NCBI GenBank assembly: GCA_032718475.1
Contig: JAUCBJ010007635.1
Span: forward strand, 119,926 to 183,925
Direction: 5' to 3'
From: Nemertoderma westbladi
Lineage: Eukaryota; Animalia; Xenacoelomorpha
Length of the DNA: 64,000 bases
Position 1 is the stretch's first letter. Every line of letters begins with the position of its first letter. Positions 12,056 through 24,400 of the stretch are shown here, in pieces. The position numbers were made by a program, and so were the translations under genes. The notes under the pieces were generated by a model. That model saw nothing but the letters and a program-made list of their open reading frames with translations, was not told the DNA's origin and searched no databases.

Positions 12056-12310
12056 GAGTTACAGGTCTGTCATGAAAGGGTCACAGCTTGGTAACAAGTG
12101 AGTTACAGCTTGGTAACAAGTGAGTTACAGCTCAGTAACAAGTGAGTTACAGCTCGGTCACAAGTTTATTACTGCTGTGTCGCAAGTTAATTACAGCTTG
12201 GTCACAAGTGAGTTACAGCTCAGTCATGAATAGGTAACCGCTTGGTCACAACTGGGATAGAGCTCGGTCATGAGTGAGTTTCATCTTGGTCATGAGTGTG
12301 TTACAGCTTG
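12056..12310. repeat. Degenerate ~21-bp tandem repeat (GTGAGTTACAGCTTGGTAACAA-like)
   Basis: About 10-12 imperfect units are visible. Confidence 0.8.
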
Positions 12311-12569
12311 GTGGGTTTCTGCTCGACCATGAGTGCATTTTACTGTTTATAGATATAGATCCTCCTTCATCAGTAATCATGACGTAATTTACCTGTCTAA
12401 AATTCTCACCCACAACCCCAGCCCCCACCCTCATGTCTCACCCTCACCTCCCACCCCACACCCTCACGCTCTGCCCCCCCCACTTACCAACCCCACCCAT
12501 CCACTCTGTTCTAATCTAACCATCAATTAACTCTGTCTACCCCCACATGGGGGTAGACAGAATATTGAA

Positions 12570-12804
12570 GGCGGGGTAGCTCAGTTGGTTGAGCACCAGG
12601 CCTGCAATCTATTGGTTGTATGTTCAGCCCCGCCAGGGTCCACTCAGCCTTTAATCCACTGGGGTCGATAAAATGAGTACCAGTTAAATAACTGGGAGCA
12701 AATCTTGGGATAGGAGTAGTGCCCACCCCTACCCTCGGGTAGCAGCTATCGAAAGAGGAGCCTTCGGGTCACCTCCGGCTTCGGCCAACTGTTTGCTTTT
12801 TTTT
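12570..12804 (+). mobile_element. tRNA-derived SINE with a conserved central domain and T-rich tail; 12-bp TSD
   Basis: A-box TAGCTCAGTTGG. The core ACTCAGCCTTTAATCCACTGGGGTCGATAAAATGAGTACCAG resembles the widespread Meta-type SINE core (from memory). CTACCCCCACAT occurs at 12537-12548 and 12806-12817. Confidence 0.8.
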
Positions 12805-12999
12805 GCTACCCCCACATACACAGACCCACACTCCCACACACGGTTTTCTGCGGTAAGTTGTCTGCTATTTTCATTATTTGATTGTGGGGCCCTTATTTAA
12901 AAGAGCCACTCAGAAATAGGAATTACTGTGGGCACTAACCACAGCAAGTAGATTGGCCCTTAAAAGGGCCGTTTGGGTTGTTAGGACTTAATGTGGGCG

Positions 13000-13545
13000 C
13001 TACACCACAGCAGGTAGAGCATGCTGGATAGTGCAATACAACTTGCACTGTCCGACATCACTAAGGTGTGTGCCATCAGAGTGAAGCAAGGCTCCTCCCT
13101 GCAGCCGATGGCATAGAGCACCTTTCATGGCTATGATGCGGCCGTATTCGTATTACCTCAGCCACGCCGCCATCCTGCTGTTTGTAGCCACACGCCAAAT
13201 CAAAATCGGGGTCCACAGGTATTCTCGTCAGGCGCATTGACCGCGGGACGATTTGTGCCCATAAATCGGAGGAGGCCTCATTGGATGAATATTCTGTAAT
13301 CATTGCCTTCAATTTGGTGACAACAAAATCTGTTTCTCACACACAGATCGTTGCCTCCAAACATTATAGCAATGATACAGGGTTTCTTCTCCCAATGTCT
13401 CATCACAGCTGAAAGTGAACTCGAGCAACTGCTGGATGCAGGCCAAAGTTACAATCAAAACTGCAATCATTATGGCCAAAAAACCCGAAGAGTCTATAGC
13501 TGGGTGAGATGAACCCATGATTCTGATTACGTGGATGTGCAGATG
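13000..13545 (-). pseudogene. SGNH/GDSL hydrolase pseudogene (copy 1)
   Basis: VIRIMGSSH (block I), PCIIAIMFGGNDL (block III), FVVTKLKAMI, AQIVPR, LLHSDGTHLSDVGQCKLYCTIQHAL (block V DxxH), stop at 13000-13002; several frameshifts. Confidence 0.75.
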
Positions 13546-14207
13546 GCTGCAAACATGGACCGATTGAGACATTGCAATGTATAGATAGCAATAAATGATA
13601 GTATAGCAATATATTGGGGGTGATTGGGTAATTGTCGGTTAATATGATTATGCCATTCCATTTATATAGAAAATTTAAAAATTTAGAAAATTTATATGAA
13701 ATATATTCAATTATCCAGCAAAAAGAAAATGGCTGATTTAAGTAGCTATTAATTAGATCAATCATTCAATGCATTTAAATTAATTAATGCAATATTTAAT
13801 AAATTGTAATTTTTTTAGATCATGGAGATTTCTGGTCGATGCCGGATTGCAGGAAAGCAGCTAATATTATTGGGAATTCACTCATGACAAATCATATTGC
13901 AAGTAATTTTTCCAAAATTGTAGTGAGTTAAACCTAATAACTTCCCCCACCAAGCGGTGAATCAGAATATTTGTCACGGCATTATTCCTGACAAATAAAT
14001 TACCGGTCATATATTTACTATTTACCAGTGATTAACTTGTGGACTGAATTAACTAATTAATCCCATGTTATTTATTTGGGTGCAATTGTAATAATTATTT
14101 GTAATACATTATTGTTGTTACAACAAACGGTCGATAATAAAGGGAAGGCATAATAATTATTTAAAGGGTTAATAAAATACAATCTCTTCAAAATAAAATC
14201 TAACAAA

Positions 14208-15520
14208 ATGTCTTATCGTTCTTCAAGTATCAACAAGAGTGCCTCACACAGTTCTCTTAGCGACCACACCTCTAACCTTGACGTAACTGCGATACCAATT
14301 CATTCCGACCCGGACAGATCTCCGACTAGAGAATTGCCCGAACCGGAATATTCCAGTTCAACTCGACAGGTAACCCCATTATGCCCTCAAACCTAAATCG
14401 ACCACCCCCCCGTCACCAGAACTAACCAACCCACTACTGGCCTCGAATCACAATCTGACCAACCGCGAGTGACTGCGACCTCCGACTTAGACCAGACAGA
14501 AGTCGACACAGACACAGGTTTAAACCTGTCGTCAGGAATGGACCCACTTATGGCCCCTTCCCCAGGTTTATTAATTGGCCTACTAAGAGCCATTGACAAT
14601 TACAGGGCCACCGAAAAAGGGTCTAAAGCTCAAATACTCTCCATGTCTGTCACGGAGATGCAACAGGCTGTATTGCGATATTATAATTATCCAGCATTGG
14701 ATAAGTTTTTTCCACTACTACATTCTGCCACTTCTGATGAACTGACAGCATTGAAGGTACCAGCTGATCCCACAGACCTTAACCAAAGTGGGAAGGACCC
14801 TAAGGGGATTTCAGGCTGGTTTTGCTAAGCAAATCGCCAGTTTTGAAACTGCCTTACGGGACCCAAACGTAGACAATCCCCTTCACTCTTCTATGACATT
14901 AAGGAGAGAATAATCCGTATCCAGATAATCCTCTCCGCCTTCTATCAGTCCACCGTTCAGACTGGAGCTGCAGTGATAGAGACTGCAGCCAGTGAAAACA
15001 TAGTAAAATTCGTTTTGTCAGTGCATACTTGTCTCTCCTTCCAAGGCGAATCCCCTCGTCCTGAAACTCTGGATTCTGACCATCCATCTCTGATCGATGC
15101 CCGAGATATTGAAGGATATACTCAAACTGAACCCGAAACAAGAAAATGCGATCCGCAAACACCTCAAAACGTATATCAAAGCAGTGGGAGAGGAAGAATT
15201 AAAAAGAAGACATCGTGGTCATCCCCCCACTAGCCCCACAACTAAAGAGATCCTAAAGGATATCCATAGCGAAATGGAAACAGAATATCAACGAAGATCG
15301 ATAATGGATCGGGACCTAGAGAAAAACAAAAATATATTACAGGATCATCATGCTGAGGATGAACGCTCGCAACGAGAATATGAAGCTGAGAAAAAGAGAC
15401 GCAAGGGGAGGAACGAAAACGAAAACGCGAACTGGAAGAGGAAAAACGAAAACGTGAACTGGAAGAGGAGAAACTAAAAAGCGAACTGGAAGAGGAGGAA
15501 CGAAAACGCGAAGCGGAAGG
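14208..15520 (+). pseudogene. Decayed unknown coding region (Ser/Thr/Pro-rich start, helical middle, charged repetitive end)
   Basis: Chain of same-strand ORF pieces (14208, 14469, 14973, 15097) with coding-like composition between AT-rich flanks. It ends in GAAAACGCGAACTGGAAGAGG repeats. No recognisable domain. Confidence 0.3.
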
Positions 15521-15599
15521 ATCTATATTCCAGTATAGATCTATCTAGACCATATATATATTCTATTGAAAGACTATATATTTTAATAAAATCCCCGGC

Positions 15600-16596
15600 A
15601 CTTACATGAGTGCTTAAGCTTCCAGCCAAACGATGCTTGATCTTGTAACAGTGTGGAATGCAGTGATGCTGGTGGCGGCCTGCAATTTCAGATGTTGTAA
15701 AGGTCATTGTTGTACACTGTTGTAAAGGTCATTGCCCCCGACACGCAAGAATGTTGGGCATGGATTAGGGACAGCAGAACTATGGTAATAGTTAGTTAGA
15801 TGTTGGAACTGGCATAGAGTTTGTATGTAGTTCTTAGTATTAGGTGGTTTGTAATATGGTAAAGGCAATGGTTTTCCTAAGGATAACTTTGCTTTCCATC
15901 TTTTGCCATGGTGGATTAGCCATACCGTTACCAATGGATCAGGAAGAAGAAAACGAACCCTACATGGAGCTGGAATACCCAGTGGCCATAAAGGAAGCCC
16001 AGCGACACATTGTGACACGATTAAAGGCCAAGGCATTTCCAACATTAAAGGAGAAAATATAGAAGGTCTGTAACAACTTACCTGAACATCAGCCCAAGTT
16101 GAGGGAGGTAGTTGCTAAACCTGGAGCCTCTGCATTAATTAGGGTGGGTCATAAAAATCAAAAGTCCACGAATTACTTAGGAACTTACCCAAAAGGTGAG
16201 GTTATGTGTTCATAAAACGTGGACATTTAATAATAGGATTACTATTATCTTTTATGAAAAATGCCCCGTTAAATTCGGGCTCCAAAACAGCCACTGTCGA
16301 TCCAATCCCCATGTCATCAAATCTAAGAATCTTTGCAGACCTCGCCGATGTTGTGGTAAACAGGAGGGCAATTCTACCCCCAACATCTGCCAATACTATC
16401 GTTCTGTCGAACCGTTTCTCCATGGAAATGTTCGTACGTTTGCTGGCGTTTCGCATTTTGTTAAATTCAATACAGTGACGATGACCACTCTGTCATCCAT
16501 GACTGGTTCATCACCCGTTAGAAGCCAAGCGCTTATCAGCCCATTGAAGGACCTCCTTTCGAAGGGATGTTCCCCAATCACCACGTTATCCATAAT
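15600..16596 (-). pseudogene. Diverged paralog of the unknown OB-fold-like gene (copy C)
   Basis: Acceptor before 16596. DDRVVIVTVLNL..[frameshift]..KRFDRTIVLADVGGRIALLFTTTSARSAKILRFDDMGIGSTVAVLEPEFNG...NPII aligns to copy A. GTAAGT donors near 16188 and 16081. Downstream Cys-containing segment. Confidence 0.55.
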
Positions 16597-18615
16597 CTGC
16601 ATAAAATAGTTGTAATTATTTCTATATTTTGTTTATTTTTATATTTTATATTTGTATTTTATATTAATTAAGTAAATTAATGAATAAAAATGAAACTTTA
16701 TGACGTACAATATAACTACATAATTTATACCACATATTAAGGATAGGTGTAGAGAACATCCACTGTTGGAAATCCTCCAACATATTCCCCTCCCGACTCG
16801 AATCCCGAAATGGAAGTAGATATGTTCAACGTTGATGAGATCAATGACGAGGACATTGTAGCTACATTTGAACAAAAGGGAGTGGTTGGCCCTACATTAT
16901 TCGCAATTAGATATTCTGGAATGTTTTGAATTAAAATTAATTGTTTTTGCATAACCTACCTATATTGTTAACATTGTTCATGCAATATTTTTTTACTAGC
17001 TAATTGATATAATCTATTTGAAATCTATAATGTTTTATAACTATTTATTTATGATTGGGTCGCAATTGTTCGGGTCGCAATTGTCCGGGTGGACAAAACT
17101 TCATAATTATTACATAAATTTAAATTTAAAACAAAAGATATTGAAAATTAAATCTAAAATAACCTGTTACTTCGAGTCTGATAGCGTTAGTGAATTTTAT
17201 TTATCATTTTTGAATAGGTTTAATTATTGTTTTCAACTATAATACATATGCCTAAATTTAAAAACACTTACTCTCATCTGGTTTAGTGTGAAAAAGAGCG
17301 ACGTGAACTGCCACGACAAAAATACGTGTGGCAGATCATAGACCAGACGATCGGTAGTGATGTCCTGCAACAGGATCAACATTTCAGGACAAACATGTCC
17401 TGAAAGTTGCCCATCCCCTTAAGTCCACGGCAACCCCCCCCCCCCCCCCCCCACAGACTTTCTGCATTGTCGATGTAAATGATGAAAATTTGTTTTCTAG
17501 ACAACATCGAGCCAGACATGTAAGGGGACACTTACACACAGTTCAAAGGCGGAACAGCTGGGGAAACAGAAAGTCATACTTAATAGAAAAACTGAAGACA
17601 GGCATTATAAACAGTCCGACAGACAAAAATGTATTTGAGCCTTTAGCTTGTGCGGTCCATTGACTATTGATTTATATACATCACTTAAGGACTACAAAGA
17701 CTTTGTAAACAAAAAGAGGAAAAAATACTATGAAATCATAAAGAAAAGGGAATACCCACAGGCCAGAGAACAACAAGCACAATTGGATACAGCCACGACT
17801 AATCTTGATGAACATGAATCACATACTGCGGCAAGACAGGTTGTCCCATGGAAAGGTAAAAAATTCTTCACCCAACAAACAAAGAATACTGTGTTGCGAA
17901 CACATGTGCAACTTACAAAGCACACAAAAAAAAACAAAAATGCAATGAATCCAACTTAGTAACCAAGGCCTGTGATTAGCTAATTTAGAATTCATAAGCT
18001 GTTTGTAGTTGAAAACTTTCTGGATGCTAAGAATGGATTGTACTATTAATAATAAATTCAGACGTAACTAAGTATTTCATTACGGAAAACAATTAACAAA
18101 AAATATATGAATGCTACTTTTTATTATTTTAAATTTGCATTCTTGTTTAAATCAAACAAACATGTAAATAATGAGTTTTGTGGTGTACATTATCATACAT
18201 TATCTGGCCCTCAAGCATAGCTGCATAGACCTTGCTTCTTTGTATCTTGACGCAGTGGACAGCGGCCTTGTATTGTACATATCCAACCAGTGTCTATCTC
18301 TCTGGGAAGCCAAGCACATACTGTAGACTCCATTATGTGGTTTACTTGTACTGGTAGTAGGTCCCACCAGCACCACCAGCACTGTCGTGTGTATGAACAA
18401 ACATGTCTTGATTATGTGGATTCTATTAGACATATTTTATTTAATTTTGTCAAACATATCAACAATATGCGTATACATACCGAATACGGTATGTATTCGG
18501 ATCTACCACAGCAGTAACACTTAAGAGGGAAATTGTAATCGGAAATATCCTAACTCAAAAAATGGGGAGGAGATGGGAAGGAGTTGTAGTGACATAATTC
18601 TACATTTGAAAGGGG

Positions 18616-20955
18616 TATATTCGCACATATCTCAAAAGTTAGGCGAGGCTACTAGTACATAAATCATACACTAAAATCATACATACTTCAACATTTTCGC
18701 AACTGGACAGTCATACATAAAGTATCTCGATAATAATGGTGGGAGGTAGGGGAGAGGGTGATAAATATTTATATAGTTTAACAAAAAACATACTGACGAA
18801 GAAACAGACAAACCAACATACTATCGTAATATCGACAAGATCAGAATTTCCATAAAATTTCATGTCGATGATAAAAAAAAACAACTGTAAAATAATTTAT
18901 TAATTGTTAAAACTTTTATTAATAAAATTAACTAACATTCATTGCAGCATTCCCAATGAACATGGTGGTAAAGTCATTGGATTTGAATGCATTTAATCTC
19001 AAATCTTTTCCGTCGGCATCCAAAGGTAAATTTGGAAGTACTAAGTCACATTCTAATACCCATACTTTGTTATTTGATAAGTTTCCGTGAAAACATGGGC
19101 ACTTATGATAAAGGCCATATATGCCATTACGAGTAGCTACAATATCAATCTAACATTTAAACAATGATATTATAAAATAGTTATATCATGTGTAATATTA
19201 TACTACAGTAATTTTAATATACTGACACTAAAACAAATCCGCCTCCGCTTAACAGGTTTTTCTTTTTTTAAACCGCTATTTCAAAAATGACAATAAAAAT
19301 ATACTTCCATGGTTCATGAAAAATTTCGTAACAAATTTTTTTTATTAAATAGCAATTATTATTATCATATGATAATATTGTTTGAAGGTCCTACACTAAC
19401 AAAATCGCTCTCATTTGACTAGTAAATACGATTTGATAATTATCTTTGTTTACAGCTAAAATTTAAATAAAATATTTATGTTAATATTTCAAATTAAATT
19501 CAAATATAAAATATCCATTGAAAAATTTAATAAAAATTTTTATTAAATATTATATAGTTATAATTATATAGTTATTAGTATGGTTATTAAATAAATATAA
19601 AAATAATTTATATTTTAATAATGTAGTTAAAATTGAAATGTACAACAATTAACTGAACTTACTTACACCTCGCAATACTAGATGTTCAACATGGACACTA
19701 AAAGGGTGTCATCTTTTCCACCAAAGCGGTTATAGGTACTTCAGGAAGAGGTTGCATGGTCATAATAATACGGATAGGCTTCATAACCACTACTAATATC
19801 GGTAGTTTGTGGGAGGTATCGCCTCTAAATGCAGACTCGTACAATCGGATCTTAGTTCCCACACCACTACTACTATCGGTAGTTTGTGGGAGGTATCGCC
19901 TCTAAATGCAGACTCGTACAATCGGATCTTAGTTCCCACACCACTACTACTATCGGTAGTTTGTGGGAGGTATCGCCTCTAAATGCAGACTCGTACAATC
20001 GGATCTTAGTTCCCACACCACTACTAATATCGGTAGTTTGTGGGAGGTATCGCCTCTAAATGCAGGCTCGTACAATCGGATCTTAGTTCCCACACCCACA
20101 TTGGGTTGAAATAAATTGCGACTCTGCTCGTTGTCATGGTTTATAACAATAAACATCATCGATGATGTCAAATCTCTGAAAAAAAATTATTTAAAATAAA
20201 ATATATTTTTCAAAAGTACATGACCATATAAGAAATTCCACAAATAATAGACATGATATAATAAATAAAAAAATAGAAACACACGTATGGAAATTTAAAA
20301 ATTTTCAAATTAAGAGTCTTTCCAAAAAAAGTAACTTCTATTTATAAAAAATAAAAAACTATCAAGATATGATGCGTATTATTTAGGTATCTCATCAAAA
20401 ATAAAACAAAATAATTTCAAATAAAATTAAGCCTCACAAAAGGAAAAACTGCTGCGTTAGAGCAAAACATATTTCGATAAATTAATTAGCAAAAGCAAAC
20501 ACACCTACGCTACATAAATTTATTAAAGATTATTATATCAAAAAATATCACTGCAGTTCTAACATTTGTAAACTTCAATTCAAAAAAACTTCGATTTAAA
20601 AAAAATCCATCGATTTTAAATACTGCAAAATAGAATACACTTACAGATTAGCATATAAAAATTACTTTTAATTTCCATAACTATTACTCCAATTAGAAAT
20701 ATTGATAATAATCAAAAATGGAATATGTACAACTTCCAAACAGTATATTTAATCATCTACATTTCATCACTACATTGAGAGTAAGAAAAAAGACAAAATG
20801 AAAAGAAACATGCGTAACTCCGAGGAAACGGGAAATCTCACAAATACCCAGGTCTACCAACACATGAAGTATCTCCTTCAATGACTTACTACGAATCTCA
20901 CTAGCGAAAAATTACAGAAAAAAACATAAAACTAATAACGTAGTGAATATTAAAT
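18616..20955. repeat. Segmental duplicate of 52181-52518 plus 60251-61710
   Basis: Colinear direct similarity throughout. The right copy carries the Bel insertion and lacks ~19715-20190. Confidence 0.9.
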
Positions 20956-21143
20956 ACTTACAAGAAATACACCATTGTGTTATAATTAGGCCTAGCCTTT
21001 TTAGCTGCTTTAGCAGCCGTAGATTTATTCAATTTCTTTGATTTTAATCCATTTACAATGTGCACGACTCGACATTCCAGGAAACAATCCTCTACTCTTG
21101 TCCTCGCCGACAAAACGTCGGCAAGGCCGATTATTGCTACCAT
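18795..21143 (-). pseudogene. Spliced unknown gene, OB-fold-like N-terminus plus Cys-containing domain (copy A, disrupted)
   Basis: Exons 21143-20962, 20175-19667 and 19149-18937 have GT/AG sites. Exon 1-2 splice in frame: ...ARPNYNTMVYFLDLTSSMMFIVINHDNEQSRNLFQPNVGVGTKIRLYEPAFRG..LPIL. Exon 3: GLYHKCPCFHG..VWVLECDL..FKSNDFTTMF. Exon 2 is broken by a tandem duplication and stops. Confidence 0.6.
19786..20096. repeat. Four tandem copies of a 77-bp exon segment
   Basis: GGTAGTTTGTGGGAGG starts at 19801, 19878, 19955 and 20032 (period 77). Confidence 0.95.
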
Positions 21144-21469
21144 TCTATAACAAAAATATAAATATACAATGTAAACAAGACAATACAATAATGCTCTCCA
21201 TAGGGAAAAATATCAACCGGCTATATTGGGTCTCGAACCCGGTACCTAGGTTTCAAACTTCTGGTTATCATCAGCCGGGTGAGTATACTGAGCTACAACA
21301 TCGAATGAATATTTCGCCATGGAATGCGACATCATATTTAAGCCAACTAATCACTTAACGGAAAGTACAACTTCGTTATTGCCGTGCTCTGCCAGAAAAG
21401 GCAACCATGCCTCAAAGAATAACTATTATACAGTGTTGTAGAAAACACTATAACCCCGTATTTCTGCCT

Positions 21470-24400
21470 GGTTAAACTAAGCAACTAAGCAAAAGTTAAA
21501 CTAAATGTGGACCAAAGGATACAACTGCGATTAAATTTACTCAGAAATAACAGGTTAGAACACAAATTAAAATAACTGAGGAAGAAAGGTTACGACAACG
21601 GTTCAACTAATTGGGTAACAAAGGTTAGGACAGCACTTAAACTAAAAGAGGAACAAAGGTTACGACAGAGATTAAACTAACTCAAAAAAAAAATGTTAGA
21701 ACACTGATAAAACTAACTGGGGAACAAAGGTTACAGCTGTTAAAACTGATGAACAAAGGTTAGGACAGCGCACAAAAAAAAATGTTAGAACACCGATAAA
21801 ACTAACTGGGGAACAAAGGTTACAGCTGTTAAAACTGATGAACAAAGGTTAGGACAGCGCAGTTAAAATAACTAAGGAACAAAAGTTAGAACAGCTCTTA
21901 AAGTAACAAAGGAACAAAGATTAGGAAAGCAGTTAAACTAACTGAGGAACAAAGATTAGAACTAGAAGCATGTCTAACTGAGGAACAAGTGTTACGCCAT
22001 CCATTAGGAACAAAGGTTAAGACAGCGGTTAAAATAACTGAGGAACAAAGTTTACGACACCAATCAAAATAACAGAGGAACAACAGTTTAACTAACTGAT
22101 GAACAAATATTAGGATAGCTGTTAAACTAACTGAGGAACAAAACGTTAGAACAGTGGTTAAACTATCTTAGGAACAAACGCTAGAACAGCGGATAAACTA
22201 ACTGAGGAATAAAGATTAGGACAGCGGTTAAACTAACTGAGGAACAAACGTTAGAACAGCGGTTATACTAACTGAGGAACAAACGTTAGAACAGCGGTTA
22301 AACTAACTGAGGAACAAACGTTAGAACAGCGGTTACAGTAACTAAGGAACAAACGTTAGAACAGCGGTTAAACTAACTTAGGAACAAACACTAGAACAGC
22401 GGATAAACTAACTGAGGAATAAAGATTAGGACAGCGGTTAAACTAACTTAGCAACAAACGTTACAACAGCGGTTATACTAACTGAGGAACAAACGTTAGT
22501 ACAGCCGTTAAACTAACTAAGGAAGAAACGTTTCAACAGTGGTTAAACTAACTGAGGAACAAACGTTAGAACAGCGGTTACAATAACTAAGGAACAAACG
22601 TTAGAACAGCGGTTAAACTAACTTAGGAACAAACGTTACAACAGCGGTTACACTAACTGAGGAACAAACGTTAGAACAGCGGTAACACTAACTGAGGAAC
22701 AAACGTTAGAACAGCGGTTAAACTAACTTAGGAACAAACTTTACAACAGCGGTTGCACTAACTGAGGAACAAACGTTAGAACAGCTGTTACACTAACTGA
22801 GCAACAAACGTTAGAACAGCGGGTAAACTAACTTAGAAACCGCCGTTACAACAGCGGTTACACTAACTGAGGAACAAACGTTAGAACAGCGGTACACTAA
22901 CTGAAGAACAAACGTTAGAACAGCGGTTAAAATAACCGAGTAAAACGTTAGAACAGTGGTTTCACTAACAGAGGAACAAACGTTAGAACAGCGGTTAAAC
23001 AAACTTAGGAACAAACGTTACAGCAGCGGTTACACTAACTGAGGAACAAACGTTAGAACAGTGGTTACACTAACTGAGAACAAACGTTAGAACAACGGTT
23101 ACACTAACTGAGAAACAAAAGTTTGAACAGCGATTAAACTAACTGAGGAACAAAGATTAGGACAGCTGTTAAACTAACTGAGGAACAAACGTTAGAACAA
23201 CGGTTAGACTAACTGCGGAACAAACGTTAGAACAGCGGTTACACCAACTGAGGAACAAACGTTAGAACAGCGGTTACACTAACTGAGGAAGAAACGTTAG
23301 AACAGCGGTTACACTAACTGAGGAATAAACGTTTCAACAGCAGTTACACTAACTGAGGAACAAACGTTAGTACAACCGTTAAACTAACTATGGAAGAAAC
23401 GCTTGAACAGTGGTTAAACTAACTGAGGAACAAACGTTAGAACAGCGGTTACAGTAACTAAGGAACAAACGTTAGAACAGCGGTTAAACTAACTTAGGAA
23501 CAAACGTTACAACAGCGGTTACACTAACTGAGGAACAAATGTTAGAACAGCGGTAACACTAACTGAGGAACAAACATTAGAACAGCGGTTAAACTAACTT
23601 AGGAACAAACGTTAGAACAGCGGTTAAACTAACTTAGGAACAAACGTTACAACAGCGGTTACACCAACTGAGGAACAAACGTTAGAACAGCGGTTTAACC
23701 GAGTAAAACGTTAGAACAACGGTTACACTAACTGAGGAACAAACGTTAGAACAGCGGTTACACTAACTGAGGATCAAATGTTTGAACAGCAGTCACACTA
23801 ACTGAGGAACAAACGTTAGAACAGCGGTTAAACTAACTTAGGAACAAACGTTTTAACAGCAGTTACACTAACTGAGGAACAAACGTTAGAACAGCAGTTA
23901 CACTAACTAAGGAACAAACGTTTTAACAGCAGTTACACTAACTGAGGAACAAACGTTAGAACAGCAGTTACACTAACTAAGGAACAAACGTTAGAACAGC
24001 AGTTACACTAACTAAGGAACAAACGTTTTAACAGCAGTTACACTAACTGAGGAACAAACGTTAGAACAGCAGTTACACTAACTAAGGAACAAACGTTTTA
24101 ACAGCAGTTACACTAACTGAGGAACAAACGTTAGAACAGCGGTTACACTAACTGAGGAACAAACATTAAAACAGCGGTTAAAATAACCGAGTAAAACGTT
24201 AGAACAACGGTAACACTAACTGAGGAACAAACGTTAGAACGGCGGTTACACTAACTGAGAACAAACGTTAGAACAACGGTTACACTAACTAAGAAACAAA
24301 AGTTTGAACAGCGGTTAAACTAACTGAGGAACAAAGATTATGACAGCGGTTAAACTAACTGAGGAACAAACGTTAGAACAACGGTTACACTAACTGAGGA

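Noticed and set aside
15844-16062. Small ORF resembling a secreted peptide precursor
   Set aside because: Non-ATG start in the track, antisense to the better-supported minus-strand paralog, and no other support.
17500-18520. Possible coding remnants (Lys-rich 17648-17959; 18200-18433)
   Set aside because: No recognisable domain or consistent frame.
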